Positions 63,137-64,000 of a DNA stretch of 64,000 nucleotides are shown piece after piece. Origin of the DNA: Acidobacteriota bacterium. Its GTDB lineage: Bacteria > Acidobacteriota > Vicinamibacteria > Marinacidobacterales > Marinacidobacteraceae. Numbering within the stretch: position 1 is the first letter of the stretch; every line of letters begins with the position of its first letter. The position numbers were made by a program, and so were the translations under genes. A model generated the notes under the pieces. That model was not told the DNA's origin, made no database searches, and saw only the letters and a list, made by a program, of their open reading frames with translations. Where the stretch lies: positions 14,761 through 78,760 of the forward strand of contig JAJEFG010000023.1 in the NCBI GenBank assembly GCA_022820545.1, written 5' to 3'.

Positions 63137-64000
63137 GGTACTTCCGGGGGGGCGGTCACGGGCGCCTGCCGGCCGTCACACTATGATCGGTTCCCGCCAT
63201 CGGCAGCCTGGAGAAACCCCATCACCGCGTACCGCGCCCGCCCCTTCTCGCGTAGCGGCGAGCAGCGGGAAGTCCCGCGCGGCGGCTCCGGCCTGGCCGG
63301 CGCCTGCCGCCGGCTGGACGGACGCGGCTACCCGGCCTACCGCGATCTCGAGGGGGAGTGGCCCGTCGGCGACGGGGTCACCGTATTCGTGGACCGGGTG
63401 GCCCGCGATCCCTTCGCCCCTCCCTCCCGCATCCGGGTCCGGATGGAAGGAGAGACCGCCGGCGTTCCCGCCGCGCTCGTTTCCAACCGGGCGCGCCAGA
63501 CCGCCCTCGCCGACTTCCTGGCTCGGGAGTTCCGCCGGGCGATTCCCCGTGCGGGAAGTTCGGCGGGCTCCGGCCACAGCGGCCAGATCCGGATCGACGC
63601 GGGCGGCCAGGAGGTCCTCGAACGCACCGCCATCCGCATCTCCGGCGATCCTTCCGGCCCGGGCTTCGTCGAAGCCCGCGTGGAAGTGGGTCTGCCGGCG
63701 GCCGGGCGCCGGATCCTGGGCCACCGGGCCGCCGACCTGCTGACCCGTGAGCTTCCTGAAGTCGCGGGGCGGGCACTCGTGCTCCGGAGCCTTCCCGAGG
63801 GGGCGGCGGAGTCGTTCGTGAACGCGGTCGAGAACCAGCACCATCTTCAATCCCAACTCGAATCCCGCAACCTCGCCGCCTTCGTGCCCGACGGGGCGAT
63901 CCTCCCGCGCACCCACGGCGCGAGCGAACGCCCTCTCGTTGGCGGGGCTGTTCCCTTCGAGAGCCCGGCATCGCTCCGGGTGACCCTGTCCCTGCTCCAC
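63128..64000 (+). CDS. ABC_ATPase-family protein (predicted ATPase of the ABC class), 5' part; continues past the window
   Basis: Absent from the ORF track because the frame has no stop before the window end. My translation reads LDGRGYPAYRDLEGEWPVGDGVTVFVDRVARDPFAPPSRIRVRM...IRIDAGGQEVLERTA...VEARVEVGLPAAGRRILG. This matches the N-terminal region of that family as I remember it. The only in-frame ATG/GTG/TTG start upstream of the conserved part is TTG 63128, so the start is uncertain. Confidence 0.6.
   Translation, partial: MPHGTSGGAVTGACRPSHYDRFPPSAAWRNPITAYRARPFSRSGEQREVPRGGSGLAGACRRLDGRGYPAYRDLEGEWPVGDGVTVFVDRVARDPFAPPSRIRVRMEGETAGVPAALVSNRARQTALADFLAREFRRAIPRAGSSAGSGHSGQIRIDAGGQEVLERTAIRISGDPSGPGFVEARVEVGLPAAGRRILGHRAADLLTRELPEVAGRALVLRSLPEGAAESFVNAVENQHHLQSQLESRNLAAFVPDGAILPRTHGASERPLVGGAVPFESPASLRVTLSLLH

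Noticed and set aside
63176-64000. 274-aa minus-strand ORF at the window end
   Set aside because: It is antisense to a plus-strand frame with recognisable ABC_ATPase-family motifs. Its own translation is Gly/Arg/Ala-rich without motifs.
1-64000. Scan for CRISPR arrays, rRNA/tRNA genes, integrases, transposases and prophage genes
   Set aside because: I saw no regularly spaced direct repeats, no rRNA- or tRNA-like sequences with complete secondary structure, and no recombinase or transposase motifs in any frame. The only repeat family is the REP-like element reported above.

Overview
High-GC bacterial chromosomal segment, gene-dense, with about 60 protein-coding genes. Many start/stop overlaps (ATGA, GTGA) indicate long translationally coupled operons. 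I found no rRNA, tRNA, CRISPR array, transposase or integrase. All family calls come from reading motifs in the supplied translations; no database search was possible. Gene content (GWxTD protein, giant BNR/sortilin-type exoprotein, CarboxypepD_reg-type TonB receptor, paired amidohydrolases) suggests a Gemmatimonadota/FCB-like lineage, but that is inference only.

Main blocks, in order:
- 1-6 kb: housekeeping genes (Tat-signal alanine racemase, HAD hydrolase, heme O/heme A synthases ctaB-ctaA, DinB, LysE).
- 6-11 kb: accessory islet. Two inverted DUF4143-type AAA ATPases with PD-(D/E)xK-like tails flank a BrnT/BrnA toxin-antitoxin pair and a serine hydrolase.
- 11-14 kb: 1,030-aa BNR/sortilin-like exoprotein.
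- 14.2-23.8 kb: one minus-strand uptake/catabolic operon. It is led by a TonB-dependent receptor carrying a single in-frame TAG, followed by a tandem NTF2-like protein, a catalytic plus degenerate amidohydrolase pair, a Tat aldo/keto reductase with an Fe-S tail, an MFS transporter and an SDR.
- 24.6-26.6 kb: stand-alone ABC-ATPase fused to a Toprim/DUF4435-like domain (OLD / merged-PARIS-like defence candidate), with a coupled small upstream ORF. This is the best candidate for something new.
- 29.7-33.5 kb: ccmC-ccmD coupled to an SDR, an NSS transporter and a degenerate Ldh2-like gene.
- 37.5-42.2 kb: Tat class-V aminotransferase plus the circularly permuted ATP-grasp / alpha-E / transglutaminase triad.
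- 42.4-43.2 kb: orphan RsbW-like kinase plus STAS antagonist.
- 35.8-60 kb: unusual concentration of MscS / TM-helix-repeat membrane proteins (five intact, one remnant). It includes an ECF sigma / anti-sigma / MscS-like operon, and a twice-occurring module of an uncharacterised outer-membrane-like protein next to a small MscS-like protein.
- 52-55.8 kb: N-formylglutamate-amidohydrolase-like / QEGLA (DUF1704) / glutathione-synthetase-like ATP-grasp triad.
- 55.8-61.8 kb: Mg2+/ion operon (OMP-like, MscS-like, stand-alone MgtE cytosolic domain, MgtE, CorC/CNNM).
- 61.9-63.1 kb: fatty-acid desaturase plus cold-shock protein.

A two-hairpin REP-like element occurs five times, each just 3' of a stop codon.
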